From positions 1 to 42,117 of the forward strand of contig DASWDB010000020.1 of assembly GCA_036395715.1 (NCBI GenBank): 42,117 nt of DNA. The letters run 5' to 3'. This document shows, in pieces, positions 7,980 to 15,917 of the stretch (the first letter of the stretch is position 1; each line of letters begins with the position of its first letter). The translations under genes and the position numbers were made by a program. The DNA is from Actinomycetota bacterium (GTDB taxonomy: Bacteria; Actinomycetota; UBA4738; HRBIN12). The notes beneath the pieces were generated by a model that saw only the letters and a list, made by a program, of their open reading frames with translations, did not search any database and was not told the origin of the DNA.

Positions 7980-9530
7980 TCAGGACGGTCCCCCGCCCGT
8001 CACCGGCAGAACGCCCGTGACGCGGGTGCCTTTCCCGACGGCCGAATCCACGCGGAGCGACCCGCCCAACGCTCCGAGCCTGTCCACCATGTTCTGGAAA
8101 CCGGCGCCCATCCCCTTGCCCCGCACATCGAAGCCGGCGCCGTCGTCGCTCACCGTGAAGACCAGGCCGGCTTCCTCCTCGCGAACATCCACCGTCACGG
8201 ACGCCGCTTCCCCCGCGTACTTGCCGGCATTCTGGAGCGCCTCGAGGACGCAGAAGTAGACCGTTGCCTCGGCTTCGGCCGGATAGCGTGTGAGGTCGTC
8301 CGTGCGGACCATCGTCGGCCGGACCGCACGCCGTGCCGCTGAGGCGAGGGCCTCCTTGAGCCCCTTGTCCGCGAGCAGGGGTGGGTAGATCCCGTGGGCG
8401 AGGTCGCGCAGCTCCTGCAGCGTGTCGTCGACCGCCACCGACAGGCCGTCGAGAACCTGGACCGCCCGTTCTGGATCAGCGTCGAGCATCGTCCGGGCGA
8501 GCTTCGCCTTGATGCCGAGCGCCACCACGTGCTGCTGTGCTCCATCGTGGAGGTTGCGCTCGATCTGGCGGCGGGCCTCGTCGGCGGCCGCGACGATCCG
8601 TCCGCGTGACGCTTGCAGCTCCTCGGCTTGGCGACGCACTTCGTCGAGCGAAGCCTGGAGCGCGGAGTCGAGCCGCGCGTTGTGCAACGCCACGCCGAGC
8701 ATCCGCCCCAACTCGATGACCGTGCGCTCCTCCTCGGGTGAGAAAGAATCGGCAACCGTGACCGCGCGCTCCACCACGATGACGCCCTGAAGCTCCCCGG
8801 CGTGTGACATCGGGGCCATACGGACGAACGCGTCCTCGCGACCCTCGAGCATCGCCGGGAGCCACACCTTCATCCACCCGTGGCCGGAGAGGCCCGCCTG
8901 GACGACCGTCCCAGGATCGAGTCCACGCAACTGCATCGGCGGCGGCCCGAAGTCCGGATCGCCGATCCACGGGTGGAGTGTCCCCTCATGCACGGTCCAC
9001 AGCTCGACGGCCTGCAGGTGCAGCTCCGCTCGAAGGGACTCGGCGACCTGCAGCGCCAACTCATCCAAGGGGACCGCGCGCGTCATGCGCGACGTGAGCG
9101 TCCGCACGAGGTCACCGTCCGCGCGATGATCCCTCGCGACGAACCGGCGGGCAGCCCGTTCGAGGCGTGGGTATAGGGAGCGATACGCGAGGGCGGCGAA
9201 CGAAACGACGAGGAGCGCAAGCCCGAGGAACCACCGCTCGCCCTCGACCGGGCTTCGTCCTGCCAGGAGGAGCACGGCGGCATACGCACCGGCTGCGACC
9301 ACGAACAGCCCCGCCAGCGACACCGACGCGACGAAGGCGCCGTCGGCCGCGTGGGCAACCCATCCTCCGCGCAGCGAGAGCCCTGCGGGGACGACGGCGA
9401 GGAGACCGGGCGTTCCCGCGAGCCAAAGAGGCCACGTCCACCCGAGCAGACCGCCGAAGAGCGAGGCGACGCCGACCCCGACGAGCGACACCACGAGCCC
9501 GCACGCCAGCCACTTGGCCCACGCGTGCAC
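7980..9530 (-). CDS. Sensor histidine kinase 5 (HisKA_3 type), last gene of the ABC-transporter operon
   Basis: Start chosen at GTG 9530 (VHAWAKWLAC...), 2 nt after the TAA stop (9533-9535) of the upstream permease. A different, shorter TM sensor is followed by a GAF-like region. H-box RIVAAADEARRQIERNLHDGAQQHVVAL, N-box LEALQNAGKYA, G1 DDGAGFD, G2 GMGAGFQNM. The track ORF 7980..10811 simply runs on upstream, overlapping the permease gene in another frame. Confidence 0.85.
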   Translation of the reverse strand: MHAWAKWLACGLVVSLVGVGVASLFGGLLGWTWPLWLAGTPGLLAVVPAGLSLRGGWVAHAADGAFVASVSLAGLFVVAAGAYAAVLLLAGRSPVEGERWFLGLALLVVSFAALAYRSLYPRLERAARRFVARDHRADGDLVRTLTSRMTRAVPLDELALQVAESLRAELHLQAVELWTVHEGTLHPWIGDPDFGPPPMQLRGLDPGTVVQAGLSGHGWMKVWLPAMLEGREDAFVRMAPMSHAGELQGVIVVERAVTVADSFSPEEERTVIELGRMLGVALHNARLDSALQASLDEVRRQAEELQASRGRIVAAADEARRQIERNLHDGAQQHVVALGIKAKLARTMLDADPERAVQVLDGLSVAVDDTLQELRDLAHGIYPPLLADKGLKEALASAARRAVRPTMVRTDDLTRYPAEAEATVYFCVLEALQNAGKYAGEAASVTVDVREEEAGLVFTVSDDGAGFDVRGKGMGAGFQNMVDRLGALGGSLRVDSAVGKGTRVTGVLPVTGGGPS

Positions 9531-9532
9531 GG

Positions 9533-11992
9533 TTATTCCGCCCGGAGGACGGCGGCCGGCCGCGTCCGCCGGGCCGCGATCGCGGGCCCGAGGCCCACGA
9601 CCACCGCAAGCCCGATCGTCGCGGGGATCACGAGTGCGACGGCCCCCCACGCGATGACCGGCTCCACGATGACCCCGAGCCGGTCGGCGAACAGACCCCA
9701 CGCCAACCTCCCGAGCAAGATGCCGGTCGGCACGCCGATCGCGAGCGCGACGGCGGCCAGGGTCGCCGATTGCCATGCGACGGTCCACATCACCTGCCCT
9801 CGCTTGAACCCGAGCGTACGCAGGATCGCCAGATCGCGACGCCGTCGCCGCACGGAGGAGATCAACAGGTGGACGAGCGTGCCCAACGCGACGACGGCGA
9901 ACAACGCGGCCAACAGGAGCGGAAGCCGCTCCGACCGCAGCGCATCCCGCACCCGGAACCCCTGCGATCCGACGTCGCCTTCGACGGTGTTCGCGCCGAG
10001 CGGGTCCAAGACCCGGTTGACGCGCTCGTAGGTCGCCGACACATCCGCTCCGCGCGCGAACGTCGCGAGGACCAGGTTCTGGGTCGCATCCGGATAGAAC
10101 ACGTGGAGCCCGTCCATCGTCATCCCCGCACCCTGTCCCAGCCCGGTGCCGAAGCCGATGTCGGGGAAGACCGGGATGCCGACGACGGTCATCGGGATCG
10201 TCGTCTGACCTGCCTGAACCTGAACCTGGTTTCCGATCCCGACCCCGAGGGCCCGCGCGGTCTCCTGACCCAACGCCACTTCGTCGGACCGGTCGGGCCA
10301 GCGTCCGTCCCGCATCGACGTGTGCACGAGGGGCCCGCGGAGCGGCTCGAGAGCCCACGCGAAGACGTGTGCGCTGCCGCACGGGCCAGCGACATCCAGC
10401 GCGTTCTGGAAATTGCCGGCGGTCACGGCGTCGAACCCCGGATCCCCCTCCACCGCCGGGACCGCCTTGTCCTCGAAGCGGCTGCCGATGTAGGGGTGCC
10501 CGGCTGCGAACGCGAAGTCCACACCCCACAACCTGGGCGTGCTGCCGAAATGAACCGCACTCGCCGCGAACCCGAACGCACCGACCATCGCCGCCACGGC
10601 GATCGCGAGTCCGACCACGGCGCTCCGAACGGGGACCGCCGTTCGCCCGTGCCCGGGCTCGAGGGCCAGTCGTGAACCGGCGACCGCGGTCGGGGGCATC
10701 CCCACCCGAGCGAACGCGGCCGCGATACGCGACGGCCGCTCCGCACCGGCAAGCTCCGCCGTCCCCAGCACACCGGCGCGGGCCCCGGCCATGCGCCACC
10801 CCGTGATCCATGAGACGAGCACCGCACCCGCGGCGATGAGGCCGCCACCGATCACCAGGATCTCGCCGTCTGCGTGGATGCCCGGTGTGGGCTCGATGAA
10901 GCGCGCGAAGCCGAGCGGCGTGAGCGGCGACACCGCGATCGTCGCGATCACCGCGATGAGAGCGCCGCCGATCCCGACGATCGCGCCGGGGATCAGCGCC
11001 GCGTTCGCCACCTGACGCCGCGTCATCCCGAGCGCGCGAAGGATCGGATCCTCGTTGGCGCCGAGCACGATCCGTCGCACGAGCGCCTGTCCGAGAACGA
11101 GGGCCCCGGCCAGGGCCACGAGCACCCCGAAAAGCCTGGCCACGATCGCGACGAGGTGCGTCTTGCCCGAGGCCGCCGCGGCCTCGTCGGACAGGTTGAA
11201 CGAGTTAACGCCCGGCCGGATGGAGGACACGCCACGCAGGAACGGGTCGACGTCGTGGAGGCCACCACGGAGATGGAACACTCCCTCCGTGCAACTCACG
11301 GTTCCCCGTCCGTAGGTCTGGACGAACGCCGCAGATGCCACGAGACCGTTGTCGTCCCCGCTCAACCCGCCGAAGGGGATGTACTCGCCGACGACGCTCA
11401 AACGCACCGGGGGCAGGAACGCCCCCTCCGGGGGCTCACCTCCGCCCGTGTAGCGGATGGCGCGATCGAGGTGACGGACGTTCACGAGACGTACGACCAC
11501 GGTGTCTCCGACGTGCGCGCGTGGCCCGTCCGTGGTCCCCCATCCGATCGCAACCTCGTTCGCCCGCTCGGGAGCTCGGCCGTTCAAGAACAGCGGCGAG
11601 CCGAGCTCCTGTAGGCCTCCCGGCGCCGTCGGGGCTTCCATCGACCCTTCGGGGGAATCTCGGTAGAAGAGGGGTGTCTTCCCGTCTGCAGCGAAGAAGA
11701 GCCCCACCGGCGTGACCCACGCGCGAGCCCACGACGCCACCTGGGGAAGTTTCGCCGCCTGTTCGAAGGGTGCCGCCGCCCCGAAGCCCAACGCCGGCGG
11801 GCATCCGATGAGCACCACGTCGGGCTCGCGGGTCGCCGCTCGATACCGGTCGTAAGCGGAATCCGTCCGCCGAGCCGCCGCCACCGACGTCATGGCTGCG
11901 GCCCCTGCGAGACCCGTGAGCACCGTGAGCACGATCAAGGACGTTCGCCGCGTGCGCATGTCGGCTCGCGCGCGCATCCCGAACGCGCTCAT
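9533..11992 (-). CDS. ABC transporter permease with two FtsX-type domains (MacB-like fused permease)
   Basis: 819 aa. N-terminal TM, a large extracytoplasmic region, and two blocks of four TM helices, each preceded by the LRALGMTRRQV / LRTLGFKRGQV type FtsX signature. The ATG overlaps the ATPase stop (ATGA, 11989-11992). Confidence 0.85.
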   Translation of the reverse strand: MSAFGMRARADMRTRRTSLIVLTVLTGLAGAAAMTSVAAARRTDSAYDRYRAATREPDVVLIGCPPALGFGAAAPFEQAAKLPQVASWARAWVTPVGLFFAADGKTPLFYRDSPEGSMEAPTAPGGLQELGSPLFLNGRAPERANEVAIGWGTTDGPRAHVGDTVVVRLVNVRHLDRAIRYTGGGEPPEGAFLPPVRLSVVGEYIPFGGLSGDDNGLVASAAFVQTYGRGTVSCTEGVFHLRGGLHDVDPFLRGVSSIRPGVNSFNLSDEAAAASGKTHLVAIVARLFGVLVALAGALVLGQALVRRIVLGANEDPILRALGMTRRQVANAALIPGAIVGIGGALIAVIATIAVSPLTPLGFARFIEPTPGIHADGEILVIGGGLIAAGAVLVSWITGWRMAGARAGVLGTAELAGAERPSRIAAAFARVGMPPTAVAGSRLALEPGHGRTAVPVRSAVVGLAIAVAAMVGAFGFAASAVHFGSTPRLWGVDFAFAAGHPYIGSRFEDKAVPAVEGDPGFDAVTAGNFQNALDVAGPCGSAHVFAWALEPLRGPLVHTSMRDGRWPDRSDEVALGQETARALGVGIGNQVQVQAGQTTIPMTVVGIPVFPDIGFGTGLGQGAGMTMDGLHVFYPDATQNLVLATFARGADVSATYERVNRVLDPLGANTVEGDVGSQGFRVRDALRSERLPLLLAALFAVVALGTLVHLLISSVRRRRRDLAILRTLGFKRGQVMWTVAWQSATLAAVALAIGVPTGILLGRLAWGLFADRLGVIVEPVIAWGAVALVIPATIGLAVVVGLGPAIAARRTRPAAVLRAE

Positions 11993-12744
11993 GACGAACC
12001 GTCGTCCCCAAGCACTCCGAACACGCCCCTCGGTGCGACGGCAGGTTCCGCGTCATCGTCGAGTCGACCGTCCTTCATTCGGACGACCCGTGTTGCGGTC
12101 GCCGCCACGACCTCGTTGTGCGTGACCATGACGATCGTCTGTCCGTCGGCGTGCAATCGTCGGAATAACTCGAGCACCTCGCCGCCGCCGGCAGAGTCGA
12201 GCGAACCGGTGGGCTCGTCCGCGAGCAGCAGGGTGGGAACGTTCGCCAACGCACGTGCGATCGAAAGGCGCTGACGTTGGCCCCCCGACAAGACACCAGG
12301 CGACTTCGCCGACTTGTCCGCTATCCCCAGCAGGTCCAAGAGGTCGCGAGCGCGCGTCTCCGCCTGCTTGCGAGGCCGCCCCGCGACGACCGCCGGGAGC
12401 GCGACGTTCTCGAGCACCGTCATCCCCTCCAACAGGTTGAAGAACTGGAAGACGATCCCGATGTGCCGTCGCCGCATCACCGCGAGATCGTCCTCGGACA
12501 GGCCCTCGAGCGACTCTCCCGCGACCCGGATCTGCCCGGCCGTTGGCCTATCCAGGCCGGCGATCAGGTTCAGCAGGGTCGACTTGCCGCACCCGGACGG
12601 GCCCATCACCGCGATGAATTCTCCTGCCGAAACCGCGAGGTCCAGGCCCCGAAGCGCCCGCACGGGGATCTGCTCGTCATCGGGAGCATCGAAGGTCTTC
12701 CGGAGCCCCTCGACCTCGAGTGCATCGACCGTGGCCGGGTCCAT
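11989..12744 (-). CDS. ABC transporter ATP-binding protein (MacB/LolD-like)
   Basis: Walker A GPSGCGKST, Q-loop, ABC signature LSGGQRQRLSIARAL, Walker B LLLADEPTGSLD, H-loop VMVTHN. Confidence 0.93.
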   Translation of the reverse strand: MDPATVDALEVEGLRKTFDAPDDEQIPVRALRGLDLAVSAGEFIAVMGPSGCGKSTLLNLIAGLDRPTAGQIRVAGESLEGLSEDDLAVMRRRHIGIVFQFFNLLEGMTVLENVALPAVVAGRPRKQAETRARDLLDLLGIADKSAKSPGVLSGGQRQRLSIARALANVPTLLLADEPTGSLDSAGGGEVLELFRRLHADGQTIVMVTHNEVVAATATRVVRMKDGRLDDDAEPAVAPRGVFGVLGDDGSS

Positions 12745-12793
12745 GCCTGGAGGCTAGGCCGTGCCTGGGTCGCCGTCGACGGGAAGGGCACCA

Positions 12794-12806
12794 CTCCCGC
12801 CGGGAG
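12794..12806 (-). other. Palindrome CTCCCG-C-CGGGAG between the REC gene and the ABC ATPase gene
   Basis: 13-bp perfect palindrome sharing the CTCCCG/CGGGAG arms with the 13261-13276 palindrome. The loop is too short for a good hairpin, so it fits a dimeric protein operator better. Confidence 0.3.
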
Positions 12807-12819
12807 GCAGGCACCCGCA

Positions 12820-13191
12820 TCAGACGTGGGTGGCGGCCTCCCAAGCGGTCTCGAGACGGTCCGGGCCGAAGACCGCCTTAGGGATGTATGCGGCCGCGCC
12901 GCATTCAGCAGCGCGGGGCGCGTATTCCTCTTCCTCGTACGTCGAGAGCAGCAACACCACGGGTGCCCCCTCGGCGGCGAGGATGCGGCGGGTCGCTTCG
13001 AGCCCGTCGATCCCGGGCAGGTTCACGTCCATCAGCACGAGGTCGGGTGCGAGGTCGGCCGCCATCGTCACGGCGTCCTCGCCGGTCTCCGCCTCTCCGA
13101 CGACGTCGAATCCATCGGTGACGTCGACCACCATGCGCGCGGCAAGCCGGAAGGGCTCTTGGTCATCGACGATCAACACACGAACGGGCAT
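12820..13191 (-). CDS. Stand-alone receiver-domain response regulator (NarL-type REC, no output domain)
   Basis: Start chosen at ATG 13191 (MPVRVLIVDDQ...), preceded by GGAGATCCAG; the track start 13251 adds 20 non-REC residues. Acidic pocket DD, phospho-acceptor context LVLMDVNLPGIDG, LLLST and IPK motifs. The protein stops after the receiver, and only 75 nt remain before the next gene, so there is no room for an HTH. Confidence 0.85.
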   Translation of the reverse strand: MPVRVLIVDDQEPFRLAARMVVDVTDGFDVVGEAETGEDAVTMAADLAPDLVLMDVNLPGIDGLEATRRILAAEGAPVVLLLSTYEEEEYAPRAAECGAAAYIPKAVFGPDRLETAWEAATHV

Positions 13192-13234
13192 CTGGATCTC
13201 CAGGTCAAGCGTCGCAGAGGACCTCGCGGCTGAC

Positions 13235-13276
13235 AGTGGTGCCAGCACCACTCCGAGACGCTCCCGCGCGCGGGAG
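13235..13276 (-). terminator. Two adjacent GC-rich inverted repeats just downstream of the Pro-rich protein gene
   Basis: A perfect 16-bp palindrome, CTCCCGCGCGCGGGAG (13261-13276), begins 5 nt after the stop. It is followed by AGTGGTGC-ca-GCACCACT (13235-13252). There is no U-tract, so the terminator role is tentative. Confidence 0.3.
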
Positions 13277-13280
13277 GAGC

Positions 13281-14660
13281 TCAGGATGGATGCTGCTCGT
13301 CCGCTTCGCGGCGCTCCTTCGAACCCGGCTTCTTGAGCGCGGCGGTTCTCGCAAGTTTCGCGCGCAGGTCGCCCGGAGCGTCGGTGGGACCGTGTTCGGT
13401 CACGGGTTCCACGAGCCGGTCGAGCATGTCCGAGGCCGATTCCTTGCCGCTCGACGTCCGGGCGTGCTGCAGTTCGGGGACGATCACGACGGCGGGCCTA
13501 CCGATCGCAGGGGTCGGTTCGGCGTCCGCGACGGGTGCGGGCTCAGGTTCCCGGGTGACGATCGGCTCAGGCGCGGGAGCCGGTTCCGGCGGTGGAACGA
13601 TGGGGGCCGGCTCGGGCTGCGGTGTTTCCGCGACGTGTGCAGGCGCGACCGGCTTCGGAGCCGGAACCGCCACGGGTCTCGGCTTGCGCTTCGGCGCTCG
13701 TTCTTCCTTGGGAACCCGCGGCGCTCGGCGGCGTCGTGCGGGGGCCGGCTCGGGCTGCGCCGCCTCGACGACCTCGGAAAGCGGCGGCTGCGGCTCTGGC
13801 ACGGGCATCCGACGGCCCGGTGTCGCGAGCGCAGCCAGAGCTTGCTGCAGTTGGCCTTCGCCACGGAGGCGTTCGGCCTCGCTCTCCTCCAACTTGTGCT
13901 GGAGCGACGTGACGCGTTCCTTGATGCGACCGCCCGCGTGTTGGATCTCGACGGCGCGATCGGCATCCATCAGCGTGAGGTATCTCGGCACCGACTCGGG
14001 GTAGAAGGGCACGCCGGTCCCGATCTTCGCCGCCGGCTCGCGCATCGACAAGAACGAGAAGGTCAAAGCCAACAGGAAGCCGAGGCCGAGCGCGATCTGA
14101 TAGCCCAGCCATGCGAACCGAACGTCCGAGGTCAGCGTCGCGTCGCGGTACTCGAACTGCGTGACGAGGGACCGTCCCCCGATCGCCGTGTACGAGTAGT
14201 AGGTCGCGGGCCCGGGCTCGTTCGTGGGTGTCCGCTTCGTGACCACCCACGTCGGGCCGCCGGCTGCTTGGATCGCCGCGTCGATGTCGCGGTCGTTCAG
14301 CGAGTGAGCGGAATCGAGTGGCTCGTGAAGCGAGGACCACAGCAGGAAGTGTTGCTGGGACCAGATCCGGACCGCCCTGATCCGGGTGTCGTTCACGAGG
14401 ATCTCGTCGCGAACCTCCTTGGTCAGCGAGTCGCTCAGCGATCCCGTGATCGGCGCCGAAGCCGAGGCCGACGCGACGCTCGGCGCGATCACCCGTTGGC
14501 TGAGGGCGGCATCGACCGCCGCTGTGTCGCGATGCCGCGCGGCGACCGCGCGGTGCTCGGCGGGGAACGTCACGACGAACAGGACGAGGAGCACCATGGT
14601 GAAGGGCCACCACACCTTGGCGCTGACGTCATCCAGCGTGAACCGGTCGATGAAGCGCAT
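13281..14660 (-). CDS. Hypothetical two-TM membrane protein with coiled-coil and Pro-rich (PEPAP-type) cytoplasmic tail
   Basis: Start chosen at ATG 14660 (MRFIDRFTLDD...), preceded by GAGGAGGGACGCCAGGGGG. The upstream part of track ORF 13281..15719 overlaps holB, on the same strand but in another frame. TM1 WWPFTMVLLVLFVV, then a ~170-aa extracytoplasmic segment, then TM2 LGYQIALGLGFLLALTFSFL. A heptad-like segment (KERVTSLQHKLEESEAERLRGEGQLQQ) and a P/E/A/K-rich low-complexity region follow. I recognised no known domain. Confidence 0.6.
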   Translation of the reverse strand: MRFIDRFTLDDVSAKVWWPFTMVLLVLFVVTFPAEHRAVAARHRDTAAVDAALSQRVIAPSVASASASAPITGSLSDSLTKEVRDEILVNDTRIRAVRIWSQQHFLLWSSLHEPLDSAHSLNDRDIDAAIQAAGGPTWVVTKRTPTNEPGPATYYSYTAIGGRSLVTQFEYRDATLTSDVRFAWLGYQIALGLGFLLALTFSFLSMREPAAKIGTGVPFYPESVPRYLTLMDADRAVEIQHAGGRIKERVTSLQHKLEESEAERLRGEGQLQQALAALATPGRRMPVPEPQPPLSEVVEAAQPEPAPARRRRAPRVPKEERAPKRKPRPVAVPAPKPVAPAHVAETPQPEPAPIVPPPEPAPAPEPIVTREPEPAPVADAEPTPAIGRPAVVIVPELQHARTSSGKESASDMLDRLVEPVTEHGPTDAPGDLRAKLARTAALKKPGSKERREADEQHPS

Positions 14661-14755
14661 CCCCCTGGCGTCCCTCCTCAGCCGCCCGACGGTTGAGGGT
14701 ACCTTCCCAGGTCGGGTGGGTCGACGGCCGGAAGTCGGTCGGACTGGCGAAAGAC

Positions 14756-15871
14756 CTACCTGCGTTCCTCGACCGAGAGCTGCAAGAACGCTCGTTCCAC
14801 GACGAGCCGGGGGTTGAGGTTGACGTCGTCGGCGAGGGCCGCCCTCGCCTCCTCCATCGCCGCGATGCCCGCCACGGTCCTCGTCGGCGAGCGTTCCTCG
14901 GGTGCCTCCCGGTCCGGGTTCAACAAGGCGTCGGCGGTCACCCCCGTCCCGGCGGCGACGGCGTCGCGCAGCAAGGCCGACGCCGCCATCAGCACGCGAT
15001 CGAGGTGATCTCGTTCCGCTCGACGCTCCCGGCGGTGGAACCGGGTCTCGATCCTCCGGATCGAGCCCCGGTAGGCCTCCTCGGGCCGTCCCTTCTCGTC
15101 GAGGAACGGCGCGAGCTCGGCATCGAGTTCGCGCGCCAGTCCCTTCTTGTGCTCGGCCGCCGCCGCGATCACCGTGTCGGCGGCCTCGAGCGCGCCAGCC
15201 GGTCCCGCGGATCCGAGCTCGAGCGCGTGCGCCGCCACATCGCGGAACGCGAGCCCGTCCTCGTCCACGGCCATCCGCCGTGCGCGGCCGAGGTTCCCGC
15301 CCGCAAGTCGGGCCGCGAGCCGTGCCCGGGCCCGCGCGATGCCCTCGGCCTCGAGCTGTTCGACCACGAATGGCTCGCTGAGCGCCGTGAAGGTCACGAC
15401 GTGACACCGGCTCCAGATCGTCTCCGGGAGCTCGTGCGCCCGCGCGGAGAGCAGCAGGAAGACGGCATCCGCGGGAGGCTCCTCCAGGACCTTGAGCAGC
15501 GTGTCGGCGGCTGCGGGCGAGAGCCGGTCGGCCTCGCGGATCAGGAACACCTTCCGGCCGGGCTCCGGCGCGGTCAGGTAGGCGGGATGCCACACCTCGT
15601 CGCGCACCGTCTCCACGTGGATGTCGCGTCCCTCGGGCTCGACCACGAACTCGTTCGGATGCCGGTCGTGGAGCGCGAGACGGCAGTCGCGGCACTCGCC
15701 GCACCCGCCGTTCGCACACAGGAGCGAGGCCGCGAAGGCACGGGCGGCGAGCGACTTCCCTGAGCCTTCGGGCCCGGCGAAGACGTAGGCGTGATGCGGA
15801 CGTTCGGCCGCCCCGCGGAGGAACGCCATGGCGGCGTCCTGTCCCGGAACCTGGTCGAGCACGGTCTGCAC
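14756..15871 (-). CDS. holB: DNA polymerase III subunit delta prime
   Basis: HAYVFAGPEGSGKS Walker-type box, zinc-module-like CANGGCGECRDC, KVFLIREADRL, LLKVLEEPP, SRC motif (WSRCHVV). It sits downstream of tmk, as is typical in Actinobacteria. The start is uncertain: GTG 15871 (VQTVLDQVPGQD) or ATG 15829. Confidence 0.85.
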   Translation of the reverse strand: MQTVLDQVPGQDAAMAFLRGAAERPHHAYVFAGPEGSGKSLAARAFAASLLCANGGCGECRDCRLALHDRHPNEFVVEPEGRDIHVETVRDEVWHPAYLTAPEPGRKVFLIREADRLSPAAADTLLKVLEEPPADAVFLLLSARAHELPETIWSRCHVVTFTALSEPFVVEQLEAEGIARARARLAARLAGGNLGRARRMAVDEDGLAFRDVAAHALELGSAGPAGALEAADTVIAAAAEHKKGLARELDAELAPFLDEKGRPEEAYRGSIRRIETRFHRRERRAERDHLDRVLMAASALLRDAVAAGTGVTADALLNPDREAPEERSPTRTVAGIAAMEEARAALADDVNLNPRLVVERAFLQLSVEERR

Positions 15872-15917
15872 GTTCCCAAGACTAGCGACGGCCGCGGACG
15901 GAGGGGCGTCGCGGAAC

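Noticed and set aside
7980-10811. 943-aa minus-strand ORF
   Set aside because: Only the last 516 aa (from GTG 9530) look like protein. The upstream part overlaps the FtsX permease gene in another frame and is low-complexity R/G/P-rich.
13281-15719. 812-aa minus-strand ORF
   Set aside because: The upstream 353 codons overlap holB in a different frame and are R/G/A-rich nonsense. The credible protein starts at ATG 14660, behind a GGAGG-like site.
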